From NCBI GenBank assembly GCA_965213705.1, contig OZ243913.1, positions 2,272,001 to 2,336,000 of the forward strand: 64,000 nt of DNA. Direction: 5' to 3'. The position numbers and the translations under genes were made by a program. Below the pieces are notes generated by a model. It was not told the origin of the DNA. It did not search any database and was given only the letters and a program-made list of their open reading frames with translations. This DNA comes from Trueperaceae bacterium. GTDB taxonomy: Bacteria > Deinococcota > Deinococci > Deinococcales > Trueperaceae. This document shows, piece after piece, positions 1 through 9,446 of the stretch (the first letter of the stretch is position 1; every line of letters begins with the position of its first letter).

Positions 1-680
1 GGCGTGATTTCGTTGCGAAACGCTTTACCGATTTGGGCGACGCCGAAAGGCAGTTTTCTGGCCGTCGAGTCGACCACGTTCTTGAAGTTCACGAAGATGC
101 CCTGTGCGGTCTCGGGCCGCAAATAAGCGTAACTCTCCTCGTCCTGAATGGGTCCGACGGTCGTCTTGAACATCATGTTGAAGGGGCGCGGCGGCGTCCA
201 GTCGCCGGGTTGTCCGTCGTCGGGGTCGGTCACTTTGGCGGTTGTCAAGAGTTCCGCGGCGCGCTCGGGAATCGTCATGAGGTGCGCGACAAGGGCGTTC
301 ACACTCGTCGACTCGTCCAAATCCGCCCCGTTGGCGACGGCAGAAAGCGTTTCCGGCTTCTGGTCGGCGAGGAGGTGGTCCAGGCGGTAGCGCCGTTTGC
401 TTTTACGGTTGTCGACGAGCGGGTCGGCAAAGGTCGCCTCGTGGCCCGAATAGCGCAGGACGAGCTTGTTCATGAGGATGGACGCGTCCAGCCCTTCCAC
501 GTCGTCGCGCTCGTACACGTTCGCGCGCCACCAGGCGGCTTTGAGGTTGTTTTTAAGCTCGACGCCGAGCGGGCCATAATCATAAGTGCCTTGCAGGCCG
601 CCGTAGATGTCCGACCCCGGAAAAATGAAGCCGCGCCGCTTGCACAGGGCGACAAGTTCGTCCATCGTTTCTGCTGGCAT
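1..680 (-). CDS. glyQS: Glycine--tRNA ligase (homodimeric Thermus/eukaryote type), N-terminal part; runs off the window
   Basis: Not in the ORF track. The reverse strand from 680 reads [47 protein letters not shown], the classic GlyRS N-terminus, with a GGAGG RBS upstream. Confidence 0.95.
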   Translation of the reverse strand, partial: MPAETMDELVALCKRRGFIFPGSDIYGGLQGTYDYGPLGVELKNNLKAAWWRANVYERDDVEGLDASILMNKLVLRYSGHEATFADPLVDNRKSKRRYRLDHLLADQKPETLSAVANGADLDESTSVNALVAHLMTIPERAAELLTTAKVTDPDDGQPGDWTPPRPFNMMFKTTVGPIQDEESYAYLRPETAQGIFVNFKNVVDSTARKLPFGVAQIGKAFRNEIT

Positions 681-719
681 AAGAACCTCCTGTAAGCTCA
701 CCGGGGCTTGTGAAACAGA

Positions 720-945
720 CACAAAAACGCCCAGGTGGCACTTTCCACCTGGGGACGGCTAGAGGACTAGCCGCGGTTCCACCCCAGTTCCTCGAGCGCG
801 CTCGAGGCTCTTTAAGTCATCCTGACGCCGTGACGAGCGCCCCGTCAAGCTCCCTGCCGCCTTTCCCGCGCCGCCGCCGCCGGGCTCGCACCCACCCCGA
901 CTCGCTTATCGCGACCGCACGCGGTACTCTTGCAGGTCGAGCCTT
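720..945 (-). promoter_or_regulatory. T-box riboswitch (Gly) with intrinsic terminator
   Basis: Minus strand has AACTGGGGTGGAACCGCG (T-box, ~772-789), the partner CGTCCCC, and a terminator CCCAGGTGG..CCACCTGGG followed by a T run (~721-754). Stem I motifs (AGTA, AGCGAG, GGTGCGAG) and GAAA-GGC (Gly specifier) are also present. Confidence 0.88.
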
Positions 946-1138
946 ATCATGCCAGAAGCGCACGTCATAAATCAACCAGCAGGTCAACGCCCGGCGGACC
1001 GTGACCGGGTTGCTCCTTGGTTTGACTTTTGGAGTCCCCCGCAATGACCGTCCAACCCGGCCGACGCCGGTACCGGTTGCTGTCGCGGCCCTCGAGCTTT
1101 GTAAACGCCACACGAGTTTTGCGGTATCCTCCTGCTTT

Positions 1139-2599
1139 ATGGACGTTCCCGACCGCGCCGCCCTCGGCCCTGATCCTGCCAATCCCAACCCTACCAATTC
1201 CAACCCTACCAATGCCAACCCAGCCAACCCCGGCTCTGCTGACTCCGACCGCGCCGGCCGCGGGTACGCCGTCGTCGTGCAGAAGTACGGGGGCACGAGT
1301 GTTGGAGATTTGGAACGCATCCGCAAGGTGGCGACGCGTGTGGCGCGCACCGTGGCGCAGGGCAACAAGGTGGCCGTGACCGTGTCGGCGATGGGTCGCA
1401 CCACCGACAGCCTCGTCACGCTTGCGAAAGAAGCCAACCCCCGCCCGAGCCGCCGCGAACTCGACGTGCTCATGGCGACGGGCGAGCAGCAGACCATCGC
1501 GCTCCTGGCCCTGACGCTGCACGGTTTGGGCGTTACCGCGCAGTCGTTTACCGGGCAGCAAGCGGGGTTTTTGACCGACAGCTTGAGCGGCGGCGCGCGC
1601 ATCGTTGAGGTGAATCCGGCGGGGTTGTGGCGAGCTTTCGAGCACGTGGACGTGGCCGTCGTCGCAGGCTTTCAAGGCGTGGACGCCAACGGGACCATCA
1701 CCACCTTGGGGCGCGGCGGCTCGGACACGACCGCCGTCGCGGTGGCGGCCGCTCTAGGGGTCGAAGAGTGTGAAATTTACACCGACACCGAGGGCATCTA
1801 TACGACCGACCCGCACCTGGTGCCGAGCGCGTCCAAGCTGGACACCATCGACTACGACGAAATGTTGGAACTCGCCTCGCTCGGCGCCAAGGTGCTCCAC
1901 CCCAGGAGCGTCTGGTACGGCCGCCGTTACGGCGTGCGTATTCACGTCCGCTCTTCGTTCAGCTTCAACCGGGGCACCCTCGTCACCCACCTGGATAGCC
2001 GAAAACGGGATATTGAGAAACCAGATACTCAAAACCCAGCTGTTCAAAACCCAAGTGCCCAAGACCCAGGTGCCCAAGACCCAGGCGCCCAAAACCCACA
2101 GGAGTCCACCATGAAAACCGACCGACCCGTAACCGGTGTGGCGCTCGACTTAAACCACGACCGCATCGACGTGCTGGATGTGCCCGACCTGCCGGGAATC
2201 GCCGCGCAGCTGTTTACGGCCCTCGGCGCGGCGGGCATGAGCGCCGACATGATAGTTCAGGGTGTGCCCGGCGACGCGTCGTCGCGTCAACAGATGGCGT
2301 TTACGGTGAGTAAAGACGGGTTGCAGGACGCCCTCGAGGCTATCCAACCCGTGCTGAACGCGGTCGGCGGGCGTACCGAGACGAGCACCGACATCGCCAA
2401 GCTGTCCATCGTCGGCGTCGCCATCGGCTCGACGCCGGGTGTAGCCGGGCGCTTTTTCGAAGCGGTCTCGGCGGCGGGTGCCAACATCGAAATGATTGCC
2501 ACGAGCGAGGTGCGGGTGTCCGTCGTTATTCCGGCCGCGCACGCCAAGGACGCGTTGCGGGCGGTCCACAGCGCGTTTGGGTTGGACGCGGAAACCTAA
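1139..2599 (+). CDS. ask: Aspartate kinase, alpha subunit
   Basis: VVQKYGGTSV, TTLGRGGSDTTAV and C-terminal ACT domains. Start placed at ATG 1139, just after a TATCCT -10-like box. Confidence 0.93.
   Translation: MDVPDRAALGPDPANPNPTNSNPTNANPANPGSADSDRAGRGYAVVVQKYGGTSVGDLERIRKVATRVARTVAQGNKVAVTVSAMGRTTDSLVTLAKEANPRPSRRELDVLMATGEQQTIALLALTLHGLGVTAQSFTGQQAGFLTDSLSGGARIVEVNPAGLWRAFEHVDVAVVAGFQGVDANGTITTLGRGGSDTTAVAVAAALGVEECEIYTDTEGIYTTDPHLVPSASKLDTIDYDEMLELASLGAKVLHPRSVWYGRRYGVRIHVRSSFSFNRGTLVTHLDSRKRDIEKPDTQNPAVQNPSAQDPGAQDPGAQNPQESTMKTDRPVTGVALDLNHDRIDVLDVPDLPGIAAQLFTALGAAGMSADMIVQGVPGDASSRQQMAFTVSKDGLQDALEAIQPVLNAVGGRTETSTDIAKLSIVGVAIGSTPGVAGRFFEAVSAAGANIEMIATSEVRVSVVIPAAHAKDALRAVHSAFGLDAET
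1175..1234 (+). repeat. Four 15-bp tandem repeats (PANPN/PTNSN) in the ask N-terminus
   Basis: cctgccaatcccaac cctaccaattccaac cctaccaatgccaac ccagccaaccccggc. Confidence 0.85.
2021..2098 (+). repeat. Five 15-bp tandem repeats (PxxQ[ND]) in the ask kinase-ACT linker
   Basis: ccagatactcaaaac ccagctgttcaaaac ccaagtgcccaagac ccaggtgcccaagac ccaggcgcccaaaac. Confidence 0.9.
2111..2599 (+). CDS. Aspartate kinase beta subunit (internal in-frame start)
   Basis: AGGAG RBS (2100-2104) followed by an in-frame ATG at the start of the ACT domains, as in alpha2beta2 aspartokinases of Thermus and Corynebacterium. Confidence 0.75.
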   Translation: MKTDRPVTGVALDLNHDRIDVLDVPDLPGIAAQLFTALGAAGMSADMIVQGVPGDASSRQQMAFTVSKDGLQDALEAIQPVLNAVGGRTETSTDIAKLSIVGVAIGSTPGVAGRFFEAVSAAGANIEMIATSEVRVSVVIPAAHAKDALRAVHSAFGLDAET

Positions 2600-2781
2600 C
2601 CCTCTTTTGTCAAGGCAAGTCAAAGGGCGGTCTTTACCGGTCGCGCGGCTCACAGGTTACGAATAAGCAATTTCTCACCGCTCGCCCGGTGCGGCTTGCT
2701 ATCCTCTCAACGTATAGCGAGGTTTGAGCGTCCGTAACAACGGAATTTGGCAAATTCGTTGCGCGTTTTTGAGAGGAACAC

Positions 2782-3942
2782 ATGAATAAACTGACCATCT
2801 TTTTGGGTACGCTTTTGGGTTTGACTCTGGTTGCCTGTGGCGCTACGCCCACGCCCGGAGGCGGGGGCAGCAACCCGGAGAACGCCCCCGTCATCAACAG
2901 TTTTAAAGCCGCGGACACAACCGTTGCGTCGGGCGGCAGCACGACCCTCACCTGGGACGTGACCGGAGCGACGAGCCTGAAGCTGGCGGCGGACGTCGGA
3001 CCGAGTATCGGTGAGGTAACGGGCTCGAGCCTCGTCGTCACGCCCCTCCAAACGACCGTCTACACGCTCACCGCCAGCAACGCCGACGGTGCCAGTACCG
3101 ACAAAACGACCGTGTCGGTCGGGCAAATACCGACCCAATCCATCACCGAACTCGTCAAGGCCGACGACGAGCAGTTCAGGATGCTCGAGCGGGTCCTCGA
3201 CGAAACCGGCCTGGCCGCCACCTTGGCGGGCGACGGACCCTACACGCTTTTTGCACCGAACGACGCGGCGTTCGAGTACCTGTTAGACACTCTCTTGAAA
3301 GTAAGCTTTGAAGACTTTTTGAAGCAACCCGACTTAGAAGACAGGTTCAGGTACCACATCTTAGAGAGCGCCGTGCCCGCCGACGAACTCAGAGAGGGCA
3401 AGTCTTTCTTGACCTTACAAGGCTACCCGATCACGACGGAAGTAGCCGAGAACGGCGACCTCCGGGTAGAAGCTGCGACCATCATAGAGACTGATGTGCT
3501 TGCTACCAACGGCGTTGTTTATGTTATAGACGAGCCTCTTCAGCCGCCGGCCAAGGGTACGGTCGAGTACACCCTCGACGCGACGTTGGCCGAAGACACG
3601 AAAATTTTCGGCACGGCCAGGTTTACCGAACTCTCGCCCACGCAGACAGAAATCGTGCTCGAGCTTACCGGTGTCACCTCCGGCATGACGTTGCCGGCCC
3701 ACGTTCACGAAGGCGATGTAGGCAGCAACGGGGCTATCAAGTACCCGCTCGCAAACGTCGACGGGGCGACGGGAAAAAGCGCCACGACACTCGACGTTTC
3801 TTACGGCACCCTGCTCGAGTTCGACGGTTACCTCAACGTTCACTTGTCGGAAGCGCAACCGGACGTCGTGGTAGCGACCGGCGAGGTCGGTGCAGGTGTG
3901 GTCCCCCCCGACTTGGGCCGGCGAGCCAAAGCAACGCGCTGA
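2782..3942 (+). CDS. Lipoprotein with Ig-like, fasciclin (FAS1) and CHRD-like domains
   Basis: Lipobox LVAC. FAS1 motifs YTLFAPNDAAF and ATNGVVYVID. CHRD-like PAHVHEG..G.NG and YLNVH. Confidence 0.8.
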   Translation: MNKLTIFLGTLLGLTLVACGATPTPGGGGSNPENAPVINSFKAADTTVASGGSTTLTWDVTGATSLKLAADVGPSIGEVTGSSLVVTPLQTTVYTLTASNADGASTDKTTVSVGQIPTQSITELVKADDEQFRMLERVLDETGLAATLAGDGPYTLFAPNDAAFEYLLDTLLKVSFEDFLKQPDLEDRFRYHILESAVPADELREGKSFLTLQGYPITTEVAENGDLRVEAATIIETDVLATNGVVYVIDEPLQPPAKGTVEYTLDATLAEDTKIFGTARFTELSPTQTEIVLELTGVTSGMTLPAHVHEGDVGSNGAIKYPLANVDGATGKSATTLDVSYGTLLEFDGYLNVHLSEAQPDVVVATGEVGAGVVPPDLGRRAKATR

Positions 3943-3976
3943 GAAGGGCACGCTGAGAACGGCGCGAATAAAAGCG

Positions 3977-4006
3977 ACAGGGGCGCAACGTCGCCCCTGT
4001 TCTTTT
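3977..4006 (+). terminator. Likely bidirectional intrinsic terminator
   Basis: ACAGGGGCG-caacgt-CGCCCCTGT flanked by A and T runs. Confidence 0.6.
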
Positions 4007-4022
4007 GCGTTACCCTTTGCAC

Positions 4023-4319
4023 ATGCCCCAGTACACGGTCGACCAGGTTTTTTTGCAACTGCGTGGGGGACAGCTCGAGCTGTTGTTGGTTTTGGAGAAC
4101 ATCGCGGGCGCGCGCCACCGCGAAACCCTTACCTTCCCCACGCGTAACACCATCGAAGCCGTCAAACGCGCCGCCAAACACCTCGCTTACCGTGGCGACG
4201 TGACAAGTGTGAACGGGGCGCGGTTGCGCCGCGAACAGCGCGGCATCCTCAAAGACGACGCTTCTTTGCAAAGAATGTTCATAAACGAGTTCGCCCGCCA
4301 CTACGAAGAGGACGCGTGA
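4023..4319 (+). CDS. Hypothetical protein
   Basis: Natural codon usage; the stop overlaps the next start (GTGA coupling). Confidence 0.7.
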   Translation: MPQYTVDQVFLQLRGGQLELLLVLENIAGARHRETLTFPTRNTIEAVKRAAKHLAYRGDVTSVNGARLRREQRGILKDDASLQRMFINEFARHYEEDA

Positions 4320-4765
4320 AGCTCGCGACCCTTGCCTACGTCAAGCGGGACGGTCACACCCTCATGCTGCACAAGGCGCGTGGCTACCAGGCGGGCAAGT
4401 GGAACGGCTTGGGGGGCAAGTTCGACCCCGGCGAGTCGCCCGAGGAGTGCTTGAAGCGGGAAGTGCTCGAGGAGTCCGGCCTAAGCGTCACGGCGGCGCA
4501 GCTCAAGGGTTTCATCACCTTTCCCGATTTCGACGGTAACGACGACTGGTACGCCTTTGTTTACGTCGTCACCGGGTTTGCAGGCGACCTTAAAGCTTCG
4601 GACGAAGGTGAACTGCGCTGGGTGCCCGACGCCGACGTGTTGAACCTCGACATCTGGGACGGCGACCGGGTCTTTTTACCGTGGCTCGAGCGGCCAAACA
4701 CCTTCAGCGCCAAGTTCGTCTACGAACAAGGTGTTTTCAAAAGCCATACTGTGACTTTTTACTAG
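4316..4765 (+). CDS. NUDIX hydrolase, MutT/MTH1-like 8-oxo-dGTPase
   Basis: KWNGLGGK and the Nudix box GESPEECLKREVLEESG. Confidence 0.88.
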   Translation: MKLATLAYVKRDGHTLMLHKARGYQAGKWNGLGGKFDPGESPEECLKREVLEESGLSVTAAQLKGFITFPDFDGNDDWYAFVYVVTGFAGDLKASDEGELRWVPDADVLNLDIWDGDRVFLPWLERPNTFSAKFVYEQGVFKSHTVTFY

Positions 4766-4796
4766 CTTTCGCCACAAACTACTGGTTTATGCCAAT

Positions 4797-5135
4797 TTAT
4801 GCCAACGCGCTCATTTTTTCCTGGTCGACAAAGCCGACCAGCCGCTGCGCCAGCATCATGTCGCCCTCTATCTTGACCCGACCGGTCATAAAGGCGGTCA
4901 TGCCGTTCAAGTTGCCCCGGAACAGCTCGACCATGTCTTCGTCGCTCATGGTGATGATGAGGTCGGGGTTCTCAGCGCTGCCTTCGTAAACTCGCAAGGT
5001 GCCGTTGTCCAAAACTTGGTACATCGGCTCGGTCAGGTTGTACTGGACGGTTGCGTGCGTGTCTCCCGCCGCTTCTTCGTCGAAGACCTCGGGCATACGC
5101 TGCAGTAGGGTTTTAGCTGTCAAGTTGGGTGCCAC
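4797..5135 (-). CDS. SCP2 sterol/lipid-binding domain protein
   Basis: AFMTGRVKIEGDMMLAQRL is the SCP2 signature; GGAGG RBS before the GTG at 5135. Confidence 0.85.
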   Translation of the reverse strand: MAPNLTAKTLLQRMPEVFDEEAAGDTHATVQYNLTEPMYQVLDNGTLRVYEGSAENPDLIITMSDEDMVELFRGNLNGMTAFMTGRVKIEGDMMLAQRLVGFVDQEKMSALA

Positions 5136-5236
5136 CACGTTCCTCCGGACTTTTGGCGTTGTACCCGCTTTTTGAGTTGCGGACACGGTTCGGTGAGCTT
5201 GCAAAGCTATACTTAAGCTTAACTAAGGAGCCAGAT

Positions 5237-6388
5237 TTGAACTTTGTTCTACCCGACGATTTACAGTTTATGCAGGGCCACGTCCGCGACTTCGCGCAGC
5301 GCGAAGTGGCGACAGTCGCCGCCGAGTTGGACCGTCACCCGGTCTTCCCCTGGAAAACGCTTCACAAGATGGGTGAACTCGGCTTGCTCGGCATCATGAC
5401 GCCGGAAGCGTACGGCGGCGCGGGGCTGGACACCCTGAGCTTCGTGGTGCTACTGGAAGAAATTTCCGCCGCCGACGCCGCGCACGGCACCATCATGAGC
5501 GTGACCAACGGCCTGCCGCAAGGCATGATTCTCGCCTACGGCAGCGACGCCCAAAAGGAAAAATACCTGCCCAAGCTCGCCTCGGGCGAATACATCGGCG
5601 CGTTTTGTTTGTCCGAACCCCACTGCGGTTCGGACGCGGTCGCGATGAAAACCAAGGCGACGAAAACCGACGGCGGCTATACCCTTTCGGGCACCAAAGC
5701 CTGGACGACCTCGGGCGGCGAGGCGCAGGTGTACCTGGTGATGGCAAAGACCGAACCCGGCGCGGGCGCGCGGGGCGTGAGCTGTTTTATCGTCGAAAAG
5801 GGTGCGCAAGGCATGTTTTTCGGTAAGCCCGAAGAAAAACTCGGGCAGCACGCGGCGATTACCACCACGGTCAGTTTCGACGACTGTTTCGTTCCCGACT
5901 GCCAGCTTTTGGGCAAAGAGGGCCAAGGGTTCGTCTACGCGATGGCGTCGCTCGACGGGGGGCGCATCGGTATCGCGGCGCAGGCGGTCGGCATCGCGCG
6001 GGCCGCGCTCGAGGCCGCCCTCGACTACGCCGACGAGCGCAGGGCGTTCGGCCAACCCATCCGCGACTTTCAGGGGATAAGCTTCAAACTTGCCGACATG
6101 GCGACGCAACTCGAAGCCGCCCGTCTCCTCACCTACCGCGCCGCCTGGCTGAAAGACAAGGGCTACCGCGTCACCCAGGACGCCTCGATGGCGAAACTGT
6201 TCGCCTCGGAAGCTGCCTCGAAAATCACCCACGCGGCGCTGCAAGTTTTCGGCGGTTACGGCTACTCGAAGGATTATCCGGTCGAACGTTACTTTCGCGA
6301 CGCTCGAGTCACCGAAATCTACGAGGGCACCTCCGAAATACAGCGCACCGTCATCGCCCGCCAGCTCTACCGCAACCGGAACCGCTGA
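5237..6388 (+). CDS. Acyl-CoA dehydrogenase
   Basis: FCLSEPHCGSD, GGYGYSKDYPVERYFRDARVTEIYEGTSEIQ; AAGGAG RBS before TTG. Confidence 0.93.
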   Translation: MNFVLPDDLQFMQGHVRDFAQREVATVAAELDRHPVFPWKTLHKMGELGLLGIMTPEAYGGAGLDTLSFVVLLEEISAADAAHGTIMSVTNGLPQGMILAYGSDAQKEKYLPKLASGEYIGAFCLSEPHCGSDAVAMKTKATKTDGGYTLSGTKAWTTSGGEAQVYLVMAKTEPGAGARGVSCFIVEKGAQGMFFGKPEEKLGQHAAITTTVSFDDCFVPDCQLLGKEGQGFVYAMASLDGGRIGIAAQAVGIARAALEAALDYADERRAFGQPIRDFQGISFKLADMATQLEAARLLTYRAAWLKDKGYRVTQDASMAKLFASEAASKITHAALQVFGGYGYSKDYPVERYFRDARVTEIYEGTSEIQRTVIARQLYRNRNR

Positions 6389-6789
6389 TGCGCACGTTCA
6401 TCTACGACGTTTCAGGTGAAGCTTTTCTGTACGTGACGGGCGCGGGCGTGATTTACGACGCTTCAAATCAACCCCTCGGGATGGTCCAGGACGAGCAAGT
6501 TGTGACGGCGGACGCTTCGCACGTCGGCTGGTTCGACGGCGCGTTTTTGTGGGACGCGAACGGTTACTTGCTCGGGTTTGTCAAAGGCGCAAAGGCTCAG
6601 GGAGGGCTCGAGCTGCCCAAAACAAGGCCGCTAGGGTTCAAGCCTCAGCCGACACCCTTCGCCCTGCACCCGCTTCTCGTCCCGCGTGTCAAACCGAATC
6701 TCAACTGGCAGTGGTCGCCGCAGACCTCGGCAATTTTCAACAGAACAACTCTCAACAGTACAACTTTCAGCAAAGGAGTAAAAGTGTGA
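6388..6789 (+). CDS. Small beta-repeat protein (resembles the 4-fold beta-flower family)
   Basis: Four repeats of [IL][YW]D.[SN]G..[LV]G followed by a Pro/Lys-rich tail ending in WS. Confidence 0.6.
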   Translation: MRTFIYDVSGEAFLYVTGAGVIYDASNQPLGMVQDEQVVTADASHVGWFDGAFLWDANGYLLGFVKGAKAQGGLELPKTRPLGFKPQPTPFALHPLLVPRVKPNLNWQWSPQTSAIFNRTTLNSTTFSKGVKV

Positions 6790-7925
6790 TAAGTTTCGAC
6801 CTCAGCGACGAACAAAGGCAGATTCAGGCCCTGGCGCGGCAGTTCGCGCGCGAGGTCATTATCCCCAACGCCGCGCAGTACGACCGCGACGAAAGTTTTC
6901 CCGCGGACATCGTCGCGCAAGCGCACGAGCTGGGCCTACTTAACGTCATCGTGCCCGAGGCGGTCGGCGGCCTCGGGCTCGGCATGATGGAAGAGGTCGT
7001 CATCGGCGAAGAACTCGGTTACGGCTGCATGGGCATCTACACGATTTTGATGGCCTCCGAACTCGGCATCACGCCCGTTTTGATTGCCGGGAACGACGAG
7101 CAAAAGGAGAGGTTTTTGGGGCCGCTGCTGGACGGCCCCAACCTCGCCGCCTTCGGACTGTCCGAAGCCGACAACGGTTCGGACGCCGGGGCGATGAAGA
7201 CGCGCGCGGTGTTCGACGGCGACGAAGTCGTCCTGAACGGCGCGAAGATGTGGATTACCAACGGCGGCTTGGCCGACTTTACGGTGATTTTTGCCAGCTT
7301 CGACCCCGAGCAGCGGCACCGCGGCACCCTGGCCGTGGTCGTCGAGAAAGACACGCCCGGCTTCTCGCACCAAAAAATTCACGGTAAGATGGGCCAGCGC
7401 GCCTCGTACACCGCCGAACTCGTGCTCGAGGACGTCCGCGTGCCCAAGGCCAACATCTTAGGCGAGCCTGGCGACGGCTTCAAAATCGCCATGAAAACCC
7501 TTGACAAAACGCGCATCCCCGTGGCGGCGGGCTCGGTCGGCGTGGCGCGGCGGGCGCTTCAAGAATCGGCAAAATACGCCGCCGAGCGCAAAGCTTTCGG
7601 CAAACCCATCAACACCTTCCAGGCGATTCAGTTCAAGCTCGCCGACATGAAAATCAGCCTCGAGACCGCCCGCTGGCAGACCTACCACGCCGCCTGGCTT
7701 GCGGATTGCGGCCGACCCCACGCCGAGGCCGCGGCGATTGCCAAGTGCTACGCCTCGGACGTGGCGTTCGCCGCCGCGAACGAGGCGATTCACGTCCACG
7801 GCGGTTACGGCTACGTCAACGAGTTCCCGGTCGAAAAACTGCTGCGCGACGTCAAACTCAACCAGATTTACGAGGGCACCAACGAGATTCAGCGGTTGGT
7901 GATTGCGAGGGGGCTGACAGGTTAA
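6786..7925 (+). CDS. Acyl-CoA dehydrogenase
   Basis: FGLSEADNGSD, HGGYGY, QIYEGTNEIQRLVI; GTG start at 6786 after AAGGAG. Confidence 0.93.
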   Translation: MISFDLSDEQRQIQALARQFAREVIIPNAAQYDRDESFPADIVAQAHELGLLNVIVPEAVGGLGLGMMEEVVIGEELGYGCMGIYTILMASELGITPVLIAGNDEQKERFLGPLLDGPNLAAFGLSEADNGSDAGAMKTRAVFDGDEVVLNGAKMWITNGGLADFTVIFASFDPEQRHRGTLAVVVEKDTPGFSHQKIHGKMGQRASYTAELVLEDVRVPKANILGEPGDGFKIAMKTLDKTRIPVAAGSVGVARRALQESAKYAAERKAFGKPINTFQAIQFKLADMKISLETARWQTYHAAWLADCGRPHAEAAAIAKCYASDVAFAAANEAIHVHGGYGYVNEFPVEKLLRDVKLNQIYEGTNEIQRLVIARGLTG

Positions 7926-7953
7926 TTGCATGATTCTGTGATAAACTGATTCT

Positions 7954-8223
7954 ATGGAACGCATCAACGTTACTCAAGCGGCGCGCAACTTTTCCGACTT
8001 GCTCAACCGGGTTTACTACCAGGGTATCAGTGTGGAACTCGAGCGCAACAATAAAGTCGTCGCCGTGCTGTCTCCGGCTCAGCCTGTTTCCAAGCTGCGT
8101 ATGGAAGACCTCAACGATTTCTTTGCGTCCCTGCCTTCCTTGGGCGAAGATGCGAAAGTGTTCGCCGAGGACTTGAAAGCGATACGCGCGGAAACGCAAG
8201 CGGAATCCGAAGCGTGGGAGTGA
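7954..8223 (+). CDS. Phd/YefM-family antitoxin
   Basis: INVTQAARNFSDLLNRV...ERNNKVVAVL; overlaps the PIN toxin gene. Confidence 0.82.
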   Translation: MERINVTQAARNFSDLLNRVYYQGISVELERNNKVVAVLSPAQPVSKLRMEDLNDFFASLPSLGEDAKVFAEDLKAIRAETQAESEAWE

Positions 8224-8612
8224 TTTTGGACACGAGTGTCCTCATTAATATGGAGAAAGAAGGGCAGACGCTCGACTTCAGCCGCTACGCGCCTTATGGA
8301 GACCCTTTCATCAGCGCCATCACCGTGTCGGAGTTGCTAGTGGGAGTGCAACGTTCCGCCATCGGGGCAAGCCGAGTCAGGCGCGCTGCTTACGTCGAAG
8401 CTGTGTTGGCAAAGTTTCCGTCGCTTCCCTTCACGCGTGACGCTGCCAGAGTTCACGCAACCTTATACGCGAACCTTGCGGCGGCGGGCAACATAATAGG
8501 TGCTAACGACCTCATTATCGCGGCAACGGCTATTCAACGCGGCTTTTCAGTGTTGACTGCCAACCTGTCCGAGTTCGAACGCATCAAAGGTCTGACCTTG
8601 ATAGTTCCTTGA
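8214..8612 (+). CDS. vapC: VapC PIN-domain toxin
   Basis: ILDTSVLI, SAITVSEL, DLIIAATA, TANLSEFERI. Confidence 0.88.
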   Translation: MGVILDTSVLINMEKEGQTLDFSRYAPYGDPFISAITVSELLVGVQRSAIGASRVRRAAYVEAVLAKFPSLPFTRDAARVHATLYANLAAAGNIIGANDLIIAATAIQRGFSVLTANLSEFERIKGLTLIVP

Positions 8613-8624
8613 AAGAAAGGTTTT

Positions 8625-9380
8625 ATGAAAATCATCTCAATTCTAAAACAAGTTCCCGACGCCGAAGCGCGAATACGCGCCACGCCGAAAGGTATCGACT
8701 TAGACAACGTCACTTTCGTCATCGACGGGATGGACGAGTACGGCGTCGAACAGGCCCTGCGCATTCGTGAGGGGGGCGAAGACGCCGAAATCGTCGCGCT
8801 CGCCCTCGGGCCGCAGCGCTTCGAAGAGGCGATTCGCACCGCGCTGGCAATGGGGGCCGACCGCGCCGTTCACGTCGAAACCGACGAAGCCTTGGACGCT
8901 ATCGCCCAGGCCAAAGTGTTGGCCGGAGTCATCCGCGACGAAGGAGCCGACCTCGTGTTCGTCGGCGGCAAAGAGGCCGACTGGGACAGCGCCGCGCTCG
9001 GCCCCGCGGTGGCGGAAGCGCTGGGTTGGCCGCACAGCGACTGGACGACGAAGCTCGAGCTGTCCCCGAACCAGGCCGAAGTCATCCACGACTCGGACGA
9101 CGGCTCCGAAACCCTCACCCTGCCGCTCCCGGCGGTCATCACCACGCAGCAGGGCTTGAACGAGCCGCGCTACCCGACGCTGCCCAACATCATGAAGGCC
9201 AAGCGCAAAGAGCTTAAAAAGCTCAGCCTGGACGACGTGGGCGGTGGAGCGGCGAAAACGCGCGTTCTCAAACAAACCATCCAAACCAAAGAACGGCTGA
9301 ACAAAATCGTCGGCGGCGACCCGGCGGACGCGGCCAAAGAACTCGCGCGCTTGCTGCACGAAGAGGCGAAGGCAATATAA
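8625..9380 (+). CDS. etfB: Electron transfer flavoprotein beta subunit
   Basis: [29 protein letters not shown]. Confidence 0.95.
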   Translation: MKIISILKQVPDAEARIRATPKGIDLDNVTFVIDGMDEYGVEQALRIREGGEDAEIVALALGPQRFEEAIRTALAMGADRAVHVETDEALDAIAQAKVLAGVIRDEGADLVFVGGKEADWDSAALGPAVAEALGWPHSDWTTKLELSPNQAEVIHDSDDGSETLTLPLPAVITTQQGLNEPRYPTLPNIMKAKRKELKKLSLDDVGGGAAKTRVLKQTIQTKERLNKIVGGDPADAAKELARLLHEEAKAI

Positions 9381-9446
9381 AGAGAGTCTTTCGTTAGTTC
9401 GTTTAAACTAAAGACCAAAAATGAACAACTTTTCTCAAGGAGACCC

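Noticed and set aside
33..695. 220-aa plus-strand ORF
   Set aside because: Antisense shadow of glyQS, which is on the minus strand.
960..1138. Lysine riboswitch upstream of aspartokinase
   Set aside because: Conserved lysine-riboswitch motifs were not found, and ask looks leaderless.
2021..2098. Tandem repeats as a CRISPR array
   Set aside because: Contiguous 15-bp coding repeats with no spacers; no cas genes in the window.
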